DNA from: a virus
IMG/VR virus record: IMGVR_UViG_3300020048_000029
Span: 88,687-152,686 of that record
DNA length: 64,000 nucleotides
Reading direction: 5' to 3' (one strand)
The translations under genes and the position numbers were made by a program. Below, piece by piece: positions 9,490-19,136 of this stretch (position 1 is the first letter of the stretch; the number at the start of each line of letters is the position of its first letter). The notes under the pieces were generated by a model that worked only from the letters and a program-made list of their open reading frames with translations, was not told the origin of the DNA and made no database searches.

Positions 9490-9791
9490 CCGACAATGTC
9501 ACCTCTTTTAAGAGGGGAGTTTGAAATAACTTTATACCCGTTCAAGAAGTCTGTGACGTTAGGCTCTAGCTCGATGCTATCAACATCAAACTTCGTCACA
9601 GCAAACACATTGTCTCCTTCTGATTTTATCACCCTCACACTTTTCTTTGTGAAAGACTTGACAGCTTTAGCTGACTCCTTAATGCTTCTGGCCAACTCAT
9701 AATGCTGCTCTTCAACCATTGCCTCTGATGCGTACTTTAAGTACCGCATCACCTTCTCATAGTCTGTATCTGAAATTACTATCTTTTTCAC
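9477..9791 (-). CDS. Hypothetical protein
   Basis: Coupled ORF. Confidence 0.6.
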   Translation of the reverse strand: MKKIVISDTDYEKVMRYLKYASEAMVEEQHYELARSIKESAKAVKSFTKKSVRVIKSEGDNVFAVTKFDVDSIELEPNVTDFLNGYKVISNSPLKRGDIVGWTK

Positions 9792-10147
9792 TTGAACACC
9801 TTCTTTAATTCTTCGTAGAAGTCTGGGTTCATTTTCATCGAACCAATCTTCCCTGTTTTCATGACTTCGATAAGGTACTTCTCCTTATCGGCCTTCTTTG
9901 AAAGCTCACTCTTGAGACAGTTCTTCCACCATCTGAAGTCGTAATGCCTTGAGTGAAGATTGAGGTCGTCAGTCAAGTCGGACACATTGATAGTGTAAGA
10001 GTTGCCATTTACGTTCTTTATCTTTGGATTCTGCCCGATCGAATCTATTGCATTTTCTACAATGGTGTCGATTCTTTCCGATAGTATCATCATCTGAGAT
10101 TTAGACGTGCTTATCTCAGCGAAAATTTCTTTCATTCCCATTTCCAA
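9788..10147 (-). CDS. Hypothetical protein
   Basis: Coupled ORF. Confidence 0.6.
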   Translation of the reverse strand: MEMGMKEIFAEISTSKSQMMILSERIDTIVENAIDSIGQNPKIKNVNGNSYTINVSDLTDDLNLHSRHYDFRWWKNCLKSELSKKADKEKYLIEVMKTGKIGSMKMNPDFYEELKKVFK

Positions 10148-10490
10148 GAGCCCCTTTCGGTCCTATCCACTGCGAAGGATTTCCGCAGCATTCTTCAGCT
10201 TTTTCTCCTGACCCGCACTTGCACAGGTCAATACCCCACCCGTTAACACAGTGGTTACACTGGAACCACCTTCCAGAGAACATGTCGCTATTGATCATGT
10301 CAATTGTAAGCTCGCACCCTAACTTGGACTCAAACTCGCTCGTAGGCATTGATGCAGAAGTTCCATCTGTAAACGAGATTGTTACGGCGCCGCACTCGCA
10401 AATTCCGAGGTTGTCGATAAGATCTTCGGAAAGCTCAGCAAGACTTTTCGTATATGGTAGGACGGCATTTTGATTCGTCAATGTAACCAC
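10116..10490 (-). CDS. Cys-rich hypothetical protein with SEC-C-like C-terminus
   Basis: CNHCVNGWGIDLCKCGSGEKAEECC. Confidence 0.6.
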   Translation of the reverse strand: MVTLTNQNAVLPYTKSLAELSEDLIDNLGICECGAVTISFTDGTSASMPTSEFESKLGCELTIDMINSDMFSGRWFQCNHCVNGWGIDLCKCGSGEKAEECCGNPSQWIGPKGALGNGNERNFR

Positions 10491-11238
10491 CTTCTATCAG
10501 GTATTTTTTGTATTCAGCGAAAGCTTTGTCACAAGAGTCTGACCATTCATCAACGCTAAAACTTTTAGGAATTAACCCTACTACAAAACGTCTGCTTCCG
10601 CCACCGTTTTTTATATCGCTACAATCTTTGCATTCGCCAGGGTAAAACGCGCTTTTTCTAACTTTGCATTTAGGACAAAGTTTCCCAATGTTCTTTTTTA
10701 TGGTCACGCCTTTTATACTCCTCCTTGTCATGGTACCGTCAATGCCTTCAAAAATATTTTCAACCCCTGTCCACTTACCCTTCCTAATAGATGTGCTGCA
10801 CTTTTGACATGCGTTAAATGAGCTTCCTCTTTTTCCGCATGAAGGGCATTTGCACCTGTGATCTAAGCAATAGTCACCTGTATCTGTAGTTCTTTCACAG
10901 TCATCTACTGCGCATTTTTTTATTATTGTTTTTGTATTAGATGCACACACACCTCTGTAGCGACTATTCCTTGAATGCTTTTCACAATGGAGGTTTCCTT
11001 TTAAGGAGTCTTCTCCGCACAGGCATTTCTTAGCAATAGCAAGATTGTATCTCTCCATGGTATTATCATCAAGAGACTCTACTCCTGCTTTAACACACGA
11101 TATTATAAACATCCTCCTAGACCCTGTTAAAAAGTGAAAGTCAGGCACTGACAAGTCTTTCGATTTACAGTCGCAGTTAGCGCACAATACTTTACCTTTC
11201 GCAACTTCTCTACCACAAGCCAAGCATCTCTTTTCCAT
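10435..11238 (-). CDS. Multi-Zn-finger Cys-rich protein
   Basis: Many CxxC pairs; ATG 11238 with AAGGA SD. Confidence 0.6.
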   Translation of the reverse strand: MEKRCLACGREVAKGKVLCANCDCKSKDLSVPDFHFLTGSRRMFIISCVKAGVESLDDNTMERYNLAIAKKCLCGEDSLKGNLHCEKHSRNSRYRGVCASNTKTIIKKCAVDDCERTTDTGDYCLDHRCKCPSCGKRGSSFNACQKCSTSIRKGKWTGVENIFEGIDGTMTRRSIKGVTIKKNIGKLCPKCKVRKSAFYPGECKDCSDIKNGGGSRRFVVGLIPKSFSVDEWSDSCDKAFAEYKKYLIEGGYIDESKCRPTIYEKSC

Positions 11239-11249
11239 CTTGCAATCCT

Positions 11250-11293
11250 TAAAAAAAAGGAAGAGTAGCACTGGCGTGTTACGTACTCTTCCC
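11250..11293 (-). terminator. Intrinsic terminator
   Basis: GGAAGAGTA...TACTCTTCC stem followed by T8 on the minus strand. Confidence 0.65.
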
Positions 11294-11302
11294 GATTAAT
11301 AA

Positions 11303-11533
11303 TTAACGACCGATTCCGTTGAGAATCCTTGATGACGAAAGAGTCATCGCCCCGGCAGTTCTGCGCAGGATTTCAATTTTTTTCATCTCTTTGTCAGACA
11401 TGTCAGTCGCCGTTTTGATAGACTCAGTAACTCTATCAGCACATAGGCGAAGGGCGTCACTGGCGATCATTCTGTCTTCCATAGCACGGAGCTCAATAGC
11501 TGAGTGTTGAGTCGGTTTCTTTTTAGCAGCCAT
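11303..11533 (-). CDS. Hypothetical protein
   Basis: ORF with AAAGGA SD. Confidence 0.65.
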   Translation of the reverse strand: MAAKKKPTQHSAIELRAMEDRMIASDALRLCADRVTESIKTATDMSDKEMKKIEILRRTAGAMTLSSSRILNGIGR

Positions 11534-11557
11534 TCCAAAATCCTTTTGTAGAAATTA

Positions 11558-11587
11558 AAAAAGCACCTGATCATTTAATCAGGTGCC
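11558..11587 (-). terminator. Intrinsic terminator after groES
   Basis: GCACCTGAT-TAAATG-ATCAGGTGC followed by TTTTT. Confidence 0.65.
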
Positions 11588-11605
11588 ATCAATATAGTTA
11601 TAACA
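11586..11605 (-). promoter_or_regulatory. Early-type promoter motif (extended -10)
   Basis: TGTTATAACTATATTGATGG; one of five similar intergenic copies. Confidence 0.5.
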
Positions 11606-11625
11606 TTTTTCACTGACGCATAACA

Positions 11626-11868
11626 CTATTCCTTAGCGATAACCTCGTTCTCGTGCAGGAATAAATATCCGGTATCTTTGAACTCTGTGCCAGAGTATCT
11701 GTCGAAGTAGATTTTATCGCCTTCAACGATATGCTTAACGTCTGGACCAACTCCAAGCACGATTGCATACTCTTCTCTTCTCACCAAGTTCTGAGGTATG
11801 ATAAGAGCCGTCTTACTCTTCTCATCAACCTGTTTAACCATCACCCTGTCACCAAGAGGCTTCATCAT
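11626..11868 (-). CDS. groES: Co-chaperonin GroES
   Basis: MKPLGDRVMVK...VLGVGPDV...GDKIYFDRYSGTE...LHENEVIA. Confidence 0.9.
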   Translation of the reverse strand: MMKPLGDRVMVKQVDEKSKTALIIPQNLVRREEYAIVLGVGPDVKHIVEGDKIYFDRYSGTEFKDTGYLFLHENEVIAKE

Positions 11869-11870
11869 TT

Positions 11871-12566
11871 TTACTCCTTGTAAGCAATTACATCTGGCAA
11901 TTTTCCGCCTGAAATATACTTGTCAACAAGGCTTTGTACGGTAGAAAGTGCGTTTGTGTCATTCCCGATCTCACCAATGAGAATTTCAGTTTCAACACGC
12001 ATGATCACCTCGTCCATGTTATTAAGCTTTTTCTTGAGCTCGTTTATCTCGTTTCTGGCGTTATCGTACTTGTCTCTGTTGTCATACTTTCTTGCAATCA
12101 CCTTGAGCTCTTCATCGGAAAAGCCTACATCGAAAGTGAAACTCTGTGGTTTGATAAAGCTAATGTAGCCTGTTTTAAACGTGTAGTGCAACGCATACGA
12201 ATAAGGAGCTTCGTCACCTACTCTTCTAACGCTGGCATCAATCACAGATGAAGGCGTTATTATGAAATCACTAGAGCTTCCATTACCAAACTCTGCTTCA
12301 AACTCATCTTCATCAATATCTTCAGGATCAATACTGTGAACATACTCTTGCAATGCAAGGTAAAATTTGTACGCAGCTCTGTTGCCAGCAAGAGCATCTG
12401 AACAGTACGACTCAGATATCTCATACACCCTTTTATGGAGAGTGTTAGCCTCACGATTCAGATCGTCCATGAAATTGTCAAGCTCTTTAATGCGGTCGTT
12501 GATTTGGATCTTCATTAAATTGCGTGCCACTTTTACAGTTTTGCTAAGCATTGTTTCGTCTGACAT
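11871..12566 (-). CDS. Coiled-coil hypothetical protein
   Basis: 231-aa ORF with GGAG SD. Confidence 0.65.
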   Translation of the reverse strand: MSDETMLSKTVKVARNLMKIQINDRIKELDNFMDDLNREANTLHKRVYEISESYCSDALAGNRAAYKFYLALQEYVHSIDPEDIDEDEFEAEFGNGSSSDFIITPSSVIDASVRRVGDEAPYSYALHYTFKTGYISFIKPQSFTFDVGFSDEELKVIARKYDNRDKYDNARNEINELKKKLNNMDEVIMRVETEILIGEIGNDTNALSTVQSLVDKYISGGKLPDVIAYKE

Positions 12567-12569
12567 TAT

Positions 12570-12743
12570 TTACTCCAGTACACTTTTTAACATTTCAATT
12601 GTTCTATCAACTTTTCCAGTCTGCGCATAGAGGATGGCAGATCTAATCCGGCCCTCGACAGATACCTCTTCTCTTCCGGTGCCGTTGCACAGGTCGCACC
12701 CTTTTCCGGAACATATCGTGCAAGTCTCTACTCTAACTATCAA
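12570..12743 (-). CDS. Small DnaJ-type Zn-finger protein
   Basis: CTICSGKGCDLCNGTG; TTG start 12743 with GGAGGT SD. Confidence 0.55.
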   Translation of the reverse strand: MIVRVETCTICSGKGCDLCNGTGREEVSVEGRIRSAILYAQTGKVDRTIEMLKSVLE

Positions 12744-13014
12744 CGAACCTCCCATTGACCGCTTTTCCGTAGAACACGATCCCACTGTCCGTGGCAAAAT
12801 GATGTTTTCCACACAGGTTGCACTCAGAAGAGTCTCCACCAGGTCTGCACACGGCTTCTCCTCCACAATCACAATGAGACACTATTACCGGAGATCCGTT
12901 AAGCGATTTTATTAAAAGTCCGCATTTACACCCGACAACATCAGTCAAAGGTGTTCCGCACCGAACGCAGTTTGCAAACTTCACCTTCTTCTTTTTCTTA
13001 AATGGCCACTTCAT
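12733..13014 (-). CDS. Cys-rich hypothetical protein
   Basis: CVRC, CKC, CDC, CNLC. Confidence 0.55.
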   Translation of the reverse strand: MKWPFKKKKKVKFANCVRCGTPLTDVVGCKCGLLIKSLNGSPVIVSHCDCGGEAVCRPGGDSSECNLCGKHHFATDSGIVFYGKAVNGRFVDS

Positions 13015-13394
13015 CTTAACTCCAAATTCTCGAGAGAGTAGTCCCCTTCGACTTTAGTAATTACCTTCATTCCATACGGGATCTTTCCAACGAACGCCTC
13101 CCAGACAAGGTCTCGGATCTTCTTCGTCTTCTTCGTTTTTCCGTAGAATACTGACACGGTTCCGTATCGCTCATCGACAAGCTTTAAAGAACTTGTCTTG
13201 CCATCGTTGTCAACCATGACAACGCCTTCTCTTGACACTGTGTACCGCTTCTCTGCATCGACAACCTGGCGAAGTGTCTCTTCAGGAAGGGTGACCGCTG
13301 TAGGCCACTTGAAACCTTTTTTCTTCACGATAGCAATAGCGTCCCTGTAAGACTTCGCCTCAACATCGATCGTTGCTGATATTGTGTACTTCAT
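13011..13394 (-). CDS. NUMOD4/HNH-like protein, degenerate nuclease motif
   Basis: YTVSREGVV...RDLVWEAFVGKIP...YSLENLEL resembles NUMOD4-HNH but lacks the HNH histidines. Confidence 0.5.
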   Translation of the reverse strand: MKYTISATIDVEAKSYRDAIAIVKKKGFKWPTAVTLPEETLRQVVDAEKRYTVSREGVVMVDNDGKTSSLKLVDERYGTVSVFYGKTKKTKKIRDLVWEAFVGKIPYGMKVITKVEGDYSLENLELR

Positions 13395-13442
13395 AAATAG
13401 TCCTTAATGCCGTGCAAGAACAATTCCTGCACGGCGTATTAC

Positions 13443-14441
13443 TTAAGAGTCTTTGTAAACTTCTTCACTGTAGTTATTGGGCTTGTTTAGAGCACTACTT
13501 CTGTCTGTTATAACAGAGTACCCTTTGCTGCATTTTACAATTCTTCCGTTGTTGATGTACTCAACCTTTTTATCGTAGCAGTGCGCAACGCGATGTCCGT
13601 CGCCACCGCCGTGCAGGTGAGTTCCTCCGCAGAACGGGCAGATGGTAGTTTCCGAATTGTCTGAAACGCGGTACAGAATTGGAAATCCTTCATCATCATA
13701 GTCGCAACGATTACGGATTCTTTCCAGGCTTTGCGCCTTTGTTTTTCCGCCGCCAGCTTCCACAAGCACCTCAAGATCTTCAATGAGCTTATTTGAAACT
13801 TCTGAGGCAATCGGGCTTGCGAATGCACTCATAGAAGCAATATCAAGAGCTCTTCTAACGAACTCAATGAATTCTACGAGCTCATCCTTACTTCTGACCA
13901 TTAACCCTGCATTTACACCGCCGATTCTGAAAGCACCCATAGCAATCCTTGATTTGATCGCTCTAAAGATGAATGTGAATATTTCAGACTCATTTGCAAC
14001 AACAGACCTGATACTTTTCAAAGTATCAATAAATGCGTCGATCTCATTTTCATTAATGAGCTTATCCAGCGCATTTACCGCGACCTTCTCAGTAACAACT
14101 CCAGATAGAATTTCTCCTTCAAGAGCTTCGTACTCAGCTTTTGATCCGTTCACATAATCCATAATAACCTCCTCGTTATCATTTGAAACCTCAATACACA
14201 AATCTTCTTCTACCGGGATAGAGGTAATGAAATACCCAATCCGGTTTACCAAGTGGTACCCGCTGAATATGTAAGTACCATTATCACCATCTGCGTATGT
14301 CACTACGCACTTAGGATCTGCACTCAAAACATACTCAAGCTCTTCTCCGAACGTCTCGAACATAACGCCTTCAAAGCTTGCGTTGTTATCGATGTGGTTT
14401 TCAATCGGTTTGTACACATCAAAAAATTCTTCAAATGTCAT
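13443..14441 (-). CDS. Mosaic hypothetical protein with C-terminal CPFC...H motif
   Basis: 332-aa ORF; strong internal SD and in-frame ATG at 14162. Confidence 0.6.
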   Translation of the reverse strand: MTFEEFFDVYKPIENHIDNNASFEGVMFETFGEELEYVLSADPKCVVTYADGDNGTYIFSGYHLVNRIGYFITSIPVEEDLCIEVSNDNEEVIMDYVNGSKAEYEALEGEILSGVVTEKVAVNALDKLINENEIDAFIDTLKSIRSVVANESEIFTFIFRAIKSRIAMGAFRIGGVNAGLMVRSKDELVEFIEFVRRALDIASMSAFASPIASEVSNKLIEDLEVLVEAGGGKTKAQSLERIRNRCDYDDEGFPILYRVSDNSETTICPFCGGTHLHGGGDGHRVAHCYDKKVEYINNGRIVKCSKGYSVITDRSSALNKPNNYSEEVYKDS

Positions 14442-15178
14442 TTAGTCTCCCTTTGTGCCATTAATTCAAGAAATTCCTCCTCGGTCAGAGTTATCGACCG
14501 TTTTCCGACCGTGTATTTTCGCTTAGAAGTGAACTCTCCGTCTTCAAACTGAACACGGTGCTTCATTTTGAATTCGTGAAATACTCCTGAGCACGTAGCG
14601 ATAGACCCTGCATTTGCACCCACATTGACTATGCCTTGGTTACCAATGATTGATACTGTGCAATTTCTGTTTGCAGCAATAGACGATTCTCTGTGAGCAG
14701 ATACGATCGACTCGTCACATGTGTCAATTGACACGTTTGCGAAAGATTTGATTGTACTTCGGTTTCCGGTTACCACTTTTGAATCGCACGCTACATGAAC
14801 GAGGCATTCATCATTAACATTGATGTCTGCTCCGTCAAGAGTTGACACAAGATTGCCGACACCTTTAATGGCGATCTTACACTTCTTCCCGGCTACTATC
14901 ATAGCGCCATTCATAGCCCCGTTGATATGACAATTATGCCCAACTGAAACGATATTATTGGCCCCACCAATTGTAATTAGTCTAACGTAATCTCCACCCT
15001 TGATCACATTGTCACTTCCGTTGATAGAAATTGTCGTCATAACATTGCTTCCAATAATGATCGTTGCACCATCAGCATTCATGAACAATGGATTGTCAAT
15101 ATCTGACATTGTTACAACATCACCTTTGCGAGCAACGCCATTAGCAGCTGTTACCGGTTCACCATTTATCTTAACCAT
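14438..15178 (-). CDS. Beta-helix/short-repeat hypothetical protein
   Basis: Repeating I-x-x-G-x-x-[CSN] units. Confidence 0.6.
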   Translation of the reverse strand: MVKINGEPVTAANGVARKGDVVTMSDIDNPLFMNADGATIIIGSNVMTTISINGSDNVIKGGDYVRLITIGGANNIVSVGHNCHINGAMNGAMIVAGKKCKIAIKGVGNLVSTLDGADINVNDECLVHVACDSKVVTGNRSTIKSFANVSIDTCDESIVSAHRESSIAANRNCTVSIIGNQGIVNVGANAGSIATCSGVFHEFKMKHRVQFEDGEFTSKRKYTVGKRSITLTEEEFLELMAQRETK

Positions 15179-15383
15179 TTCTCCACCTTTGGTAATAAAC
15201 CCTGTTCATATTCATACTACTCTCAATCTGAGACTTGAGAACAATATCCTTTTTCGGATCGTACACTTCTTTAAGTCCGAAATACTGGTCGTACCAGAAA
15301 TCTCCGCGCTCAGGATATGCGTTAAGCTTTGACGCATACGCTGACATCTCGGCGTAGCTCTTCATCAGAGGATACTGTCTCAT
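15171..15383 (-). CDS. Hypothetical protein
   Basis: Coupled ORF. Confidence 0.55.
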   Translation of the reverse strand: MRQYPLMKSYAEMSAYASKLNAYPERGDFWYDQYFGLKEVYDPKKDIVLKSQIESSMNMNRVYYQRWRNG

Positions 15384-15727
15384 GCAAGAGCCATCAGGTT
15401 TTTAAGTTGGAAGTTCTTGTCAAACCCATTCATCTTCTTGAGGAACGAGGCATTATTTCTGTTTACTGCAGCGCTGTAAAACATTGTGCATCTACACTCC
15501 TTTTTGGACGGCTCCCCGTCTGAGAGCCTAATGCATTTCCCGCTAAGTCCGTAAGTCAGGTTGCCAACATTTATCACAACGGAATCAACAATGATAGCGT
15601 TGCAGTCATCCCTTACTTTGAGGCCCATCATCTGCTGTTCAACTTCCGGCATTCTTCTTTCGAGGATCTCGATAGAGGCAGCCTTGTGTCTTGCAAGCTC
15701 TTCTTCTAGTTCTTTCCTGATATTCAC
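15380..15727 (-). CDS. Hypothetical protein
   Basis: Coupled ORF with GGAGG SD. Confidence 0.6.
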   Translation of the reverse strand: MNIRKELEEELARHKAASIEILERRMPEVEQQMMGLKVRDDCNAIIVDSVVINVGNLTYGLSGKCIRLSDGEPSKKECRCTMFYSAAVNRNNASFLKKMNGFDKNFQLKNLMALA

Positions 15728-16077
15728 ATGGCCTCCAATATTTTCATCTCAAGAGCCTTTGAAATCTCTTCGGTATCAATATCTCTAATCGAGTCATCGA
15801 ATACAGGTTGGAGATTCTCAAGAATGTACGGCTTAAGCTCTTCAGAAGTAAGCTTAACACTCTTGACTCCAGACAAGATGTTTTTCTTGATAACTTCAGC
15901 CAACTCATCATAGTTGATCCTGTCAATAACAGACTGAGCAAGGTCATCTAAGTCGAGAGAGCTTGAGATCAGATTGACATTCTGAATTTCATTGACAATC
16001 TTATCTTCGAACTCTGATAAGATTCTTTTTTTCTGAGCTTCTGAGAGCTCGTTGTATAACCATTTTTCAATATTCAT
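15724..16077 (-). CDS. Acidic helical hypothetical protein
   Basis: Coupled ORF with GAGGAGG SD. Confidence 0.6.
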   Translation of the reverse strand: MNIEKWLYNELSEAQKKRILSEFEDKIVNEIQNVNLISSSLDLDDLAQSVIDRINYDELAEVIKKNILSGVKSVKLTSEELKPYILENLQPVFDDSIRDIDTEEISKALEMKILEAM

Positions 16078-16866
16078 TTAATCCTCCTCGATAATATTTT
16101 GATAAGCAAGATCCCCGTAGAGTTCTCGAGCTTTCTTATTGTAGGCGCGAGCGGCATCTTTCTCGTCAAAGAATGCCCCTAATTCGTATACTACGCGGTT
16201 TTGGTGTATCCTTGCCCTCCACTTGCTACCTTTTAAATGAACACCTTTGTATATAGATGTTGTAAAAGATTTCTTAGGACTGTTGTGAGCAGAGGGGGAT
16301 GTTGTTTCGCAGAATGAGCACGTCCTAGGAGAAAATTCTTTCGAACCAGCTCTTGTGATATGCATACCTTCCTTATACCCTGAAGACATAGCCCATTCAT
16401 AAAATGTAAAGAACCTTTTGAATTCTTCACACATTGGGATTCCAAAGTCTTTTGATGCGCACTTCATCCCTCTGTATATTTCATGCAAACCAGTTCTAAA
16501 CATCCCGTGCTTATTCCCACAGTGTCCGCATCTTACTGTGGCTCCTTTTTTAAGGTGAGACGAATACTTTCTTTCAACCCTGCCGCACTTGCACTTTACT
16601 ATCGCTTTCCTTCTACTACCTCTCTCCTCGTCCATTCCTATAACAGTAAAGTCACCGTAAACTTCACCAGTGATATCACTTCCTGACAACCTACAATTTT
16701 TACACCTTAGGTCTCCGATACTCCTTGTAAGTCTATATGTCGATATTCTTTCAACTGTTCCGCATTCGCATTTACATATAGCGATGTACTTATTCCCAAC
16801 CTTTGCCATTTCAACGACTGTGAACGACCCAAACTTTTCTCCCACTATATCTATTTTAGAACCCAT
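16078..16866 (-). CDS. AP2-domain homing endonuclease (HNH-type, possibly degenerate)
   Basis: Two N-terminal CxCxCG repeats; C-terminal AP2 domain (SIYKGV...KWRARI...LGAFFDEKDAARAYNKKARELYG). Confidence 0.8.
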   Translation of the reverse strand: MGSKIDIVGEKFGSFTVVEMAKVGNKYIAICKCECGTVERISTYRLTRSIGDLRCKNCRLSGSDITGEVYGDFTVIGMDEERGSRRKAIVKCKCGRVERKYSSHLKKGATVRCGHCGNKHGMFRTGLHEIYRGMKCASKDFGIPMCEEFKRFFTFYEWAMSSGYKEGMHITRAGSKEFSPRTCSFCETTSPSAHNSPKKSFTTSIYKGVHLKGSKWRARIHQNRVVYELGAFFDEKDAARAYNKKARELYGDLAYQNIIEED

Positions 16867-16867
16867 G

Positions 16868-17497
16868 TCAAACCACTTTGTTTATAGATGCGTCTTTACC
16901 ATATATCTCAATAGCCTTTTTATTATATGCAATTGCAGCATCTTCTTCTTTGTCATAGGTACCAAGACTAATCTGCTTGTAGTTTACAGTTATTCTGGCA
17001 TTCCACTTACCCTTATATTTCCTAACACCCTTATATTTAGAGTGCTTGTTATAAGCAGACTTATTGTGCTGGTTAACATTTCTATTTACCCATCTACAGT
17101 TTTCAGGTGAGTAATCTCCATTATTGTCAATCCTATCAATTTGCAGGCAATCTTTATACCCGTTTAGTAAAGCCCATTCACCAAACTCTTTTACTGACGG
17201 CCACTCATTAGAGATGCGTATTCCTCTCCCTCCATATCGATAGTATCTTGCGGAGTTTTTATTAGTACATCTTTGAACGATGTTCTCAAATATCCCCTGC
17301 AGCCTCGTTCCACAAAATCCATGGATAGTTTTTACGTTTACTCGGTAACATCCGCAGCTCTTAGTATCTCCATTTTTAAGAGAGTAACTTCGCACATTCT
17401 TTTCCGCACCGCAATCACACAAGCACTTCTTGTACTTTGTTCCGTTAATTGCTAATTCGCCTATAACTACAAGCATTCCATATCTTTCTTCATTCAT
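16868..17497 (-). CDS. HNH/AP2-domain homing endonuclease
   Basis: YGGRGI, QIDRIDNNGDYSPENCRW, C-terminal AP2 domain. Confidence 0.85.
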   Translation of the reverse strand: MNEERYGMLVVIGELAINGTKYKKCLCDCGAEKNVRSYSLKNGDTKSCGCYRVNVKTIHGFCGTRLQGIFENIVQRCTNKNSARYYRYGGRGIRISNEWPSVKEFGEWALLNGYKDCLQIDRIDNNGDYSPENCRWVNRNVNQHNKSAYNKHSKYKGVRKYKGKWNARITVNYKQISLGTYDKEEDAAIAYNKKAIEIYGKDASINKVV

Positions 17498-17499
17498 AA

Positions 17500-18258
17500 T
17501 TACCTCATAACATAATATTTTTCAATAGCTTCAAGAAAGCTCGGCCCCTTCCAATAAGGTTCTATGAAGATCCTCTTGTGCCCATCTTTGATTACATGAT
17601 TCCTCCAGTGGCCGCGAACGGCGAACCTGGTTGTCAAACCCTGTCTGCCAGATCCAGCCGGTAGAGAACTCTTCATCCCTTTGTAATTACGACCAACATA
17701 GATCACCTCATTAGAGATAGTTGACCGCTTCACACCCTTCACCTTCTGTGGCTTTCTATGAGCTCTCTCAAGGTCTGGCTTTTCTGAGGTAAGGTAAAGT
17801 ATCATGTTTATGATTCCGCTATACTTCTCACGGACGTCATGGTAGTTCTCGGAAGCATTGAATCTCATGAAGTCAAGCTTCCCTTCTCCATACATTCTGA
17901 TCCCTCGGATTACTCCATCGATTTCAGCAATGCACCACTCTTCAATGATAAGAGCTTTGAACGGAAGTCTGATCTCTGGAATGTCTTTCGGAGTGTCGGT
18001 GCTAAAAAGAGCGTCTTTCAATTTATCTGAAAAGATGAACTTTTTACCATGAGCTCTAGCATGGCCGATTACAACAGCACCGTTCGCAGTAGTTGCAATT
18101 TCCATTTCTGAAGCGGTCGGGAAAGATGCTGCGAGATCAAGGTAGGCATCTCTGTATGACATCATTGTTCCTGATGCCTGAGTCTCGATCGCATTGTAAA
18201 AAAACTTTGGCTTTTCCCCTGAGGCAGTCTCTTTCGGTATTCCTTGAAACTCTTTCAT
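17500..18258 (-). CDS. Conserved phage protein with C-terminal VRGHWR motif
   Basis: FAVRGHWRNH...IFIEPYWKGP. Confidence 0.6.
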   Translation of the reverse strand: MKEFQGIPKETASGEKPKFFYNAIETQASGTMMSYRDAYLDLAASFPTASEMEIATTANGAVVIGHARAHGKKFIFSDKLKDALFSTDTPKDIPEIRLPFKALIIEEWCIAEIDGVIRGIRMYGEGKLDFMRFNASENYHDVREKYSGIINMILYLTSEKPDLERAHRKPQKVKGVKRSTISNEVIYVGRNYKGMKSSLPAGSGRQGLTTRFAVRGHWRNHVIKDGHKRIFIEPYWKGPSFLEAIEKYYVMR

Positions 18259-18271
18259 ATTAACTCCATGT

Positions 18272-18302
18272 TAAAAAAATGGCCCCGGTTTTACCGGAGC
18301 CT
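18272..18302 (-). terminator. Intrinsic terminator
   Basis: GGCTCCGG-TAAAA-CCGGGGCC followed by T7. Confidence 0.65.
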
Positions 18303-18305
18303 TGA

Positions 18306-18578
18306 TTATTTAGACATATTCGTCTTGAGCTGAGCCTGCAGCTCCTCAAACTCAATATCCAGTTGATCCATCTCAAGCTGGCCCTGATCCTGTGCTGGAG
18401 CTACTACAACTTCTGGCGCCGGATCAGGAGCTACAGACGCTAGATCTGCAACTTCGTCTGCACCTTGTGAGAGCTTGGCTCTCATTTTTTCTACTACAAC
18501 CGCTGAGAATTTTACCACAGCTATCGATGTAACAGAGATTGCAACGATTGTTGCGATTGCTTTTCTTGTTGATATCAT
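18306..18578 (-). CDS. Membrane-anchored hypothetical protein
   Basis: Hydrophobic N-terminus; GGAGG SD. Confidence 0.6.
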   Translation of the reverse strand: MISTRKAIATIVAISVTSIAVVKFSAVVVEKMRAKLSQGADEVADLASVAPDPAPEVVVAPAQDQGQLEMDQLDIEFEELQAQLKTNMSK

Positions 18579-18640
18579 TTTTGTCCTCCATGGACTTTTG
18601 AATTAGAAAAGGCCGACAAATTTTGCCGGCCATGTTGAAC

Positions 18641-18871
18641 TTAATCTTTCTTCTTCAGTTTAACCCATTCAGTAGCGTTAGGCCACCAAACGAGATTTCT
18701 TTTGCGAAGATCTTCTTCACACGCTTTGAAGAGATCCTCACCTAAGAGGCGACGAGCCTCTTGTCTCGCTTCATAGTCAGAGGTAGCCACGTCGCTTATG
18801 GCAATGAAAACATCGCCGGTGAATTTCCCTACAGCTTTTGATGCGTTTTTGATTGCTGATAATACACTCAT
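18641..18871 (-). CDS. Hypothetical protein
   Basis: ORF with AAGGA SD downstream of a promoter motif. Confidence 0.65.
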   Translation of the reverse strand: MSVLSAIKNASKAVGKFTGDVFIAISDVATSDYEARQEARRLLGEDLFKACEEDLRKRNLVWWPNATEWVKLKKKD

Positions 18872-18891
18872 ACATAGTCCTTTGAATAGTA

Positions 18892-18931
18892 GAAGTCACC
18901 ATTAACTTCCCCTTCAATACTATTATACCAG
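18892..18931 (-). promoter_or_regulatory. Early-type promoter (TGGTATAAT extended -10) with conserved leader
   Basis: 31/40 identical to 22888-22927. Confidence 0.6.
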
Positions 18932-18938
18932 TTTTGCT

Positions 18939-19136
18939 TTAAAAATAACGCCAATAGGCATTTATGAATTTCTTCATATTCTTAATCCTTACAGCTTCTT
19001 CTGTAAGCATGAGATCATCCTTGTGCTTGTAAGGGAGTATTCCGAGATACCACATCTCTGCAAGCTTTCTTCTCGACTTCCTATTAACTATCTTGGCGAA
19101 CGATATCAATACGGCAGCTACAGCAATTACTCCCAC
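18939..19136 (-). CDS. Small membrane protein
   Basis: Hydrophobic N-terminus; coupled ORF. Confidence 0.5.
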   Translation of the reverse strand: MGVIAVAAVLISFAKIVNRKSRRKLAEMWYLGILPYKHKDDLMLTEEAVRIKNMKKFINAYWRYF

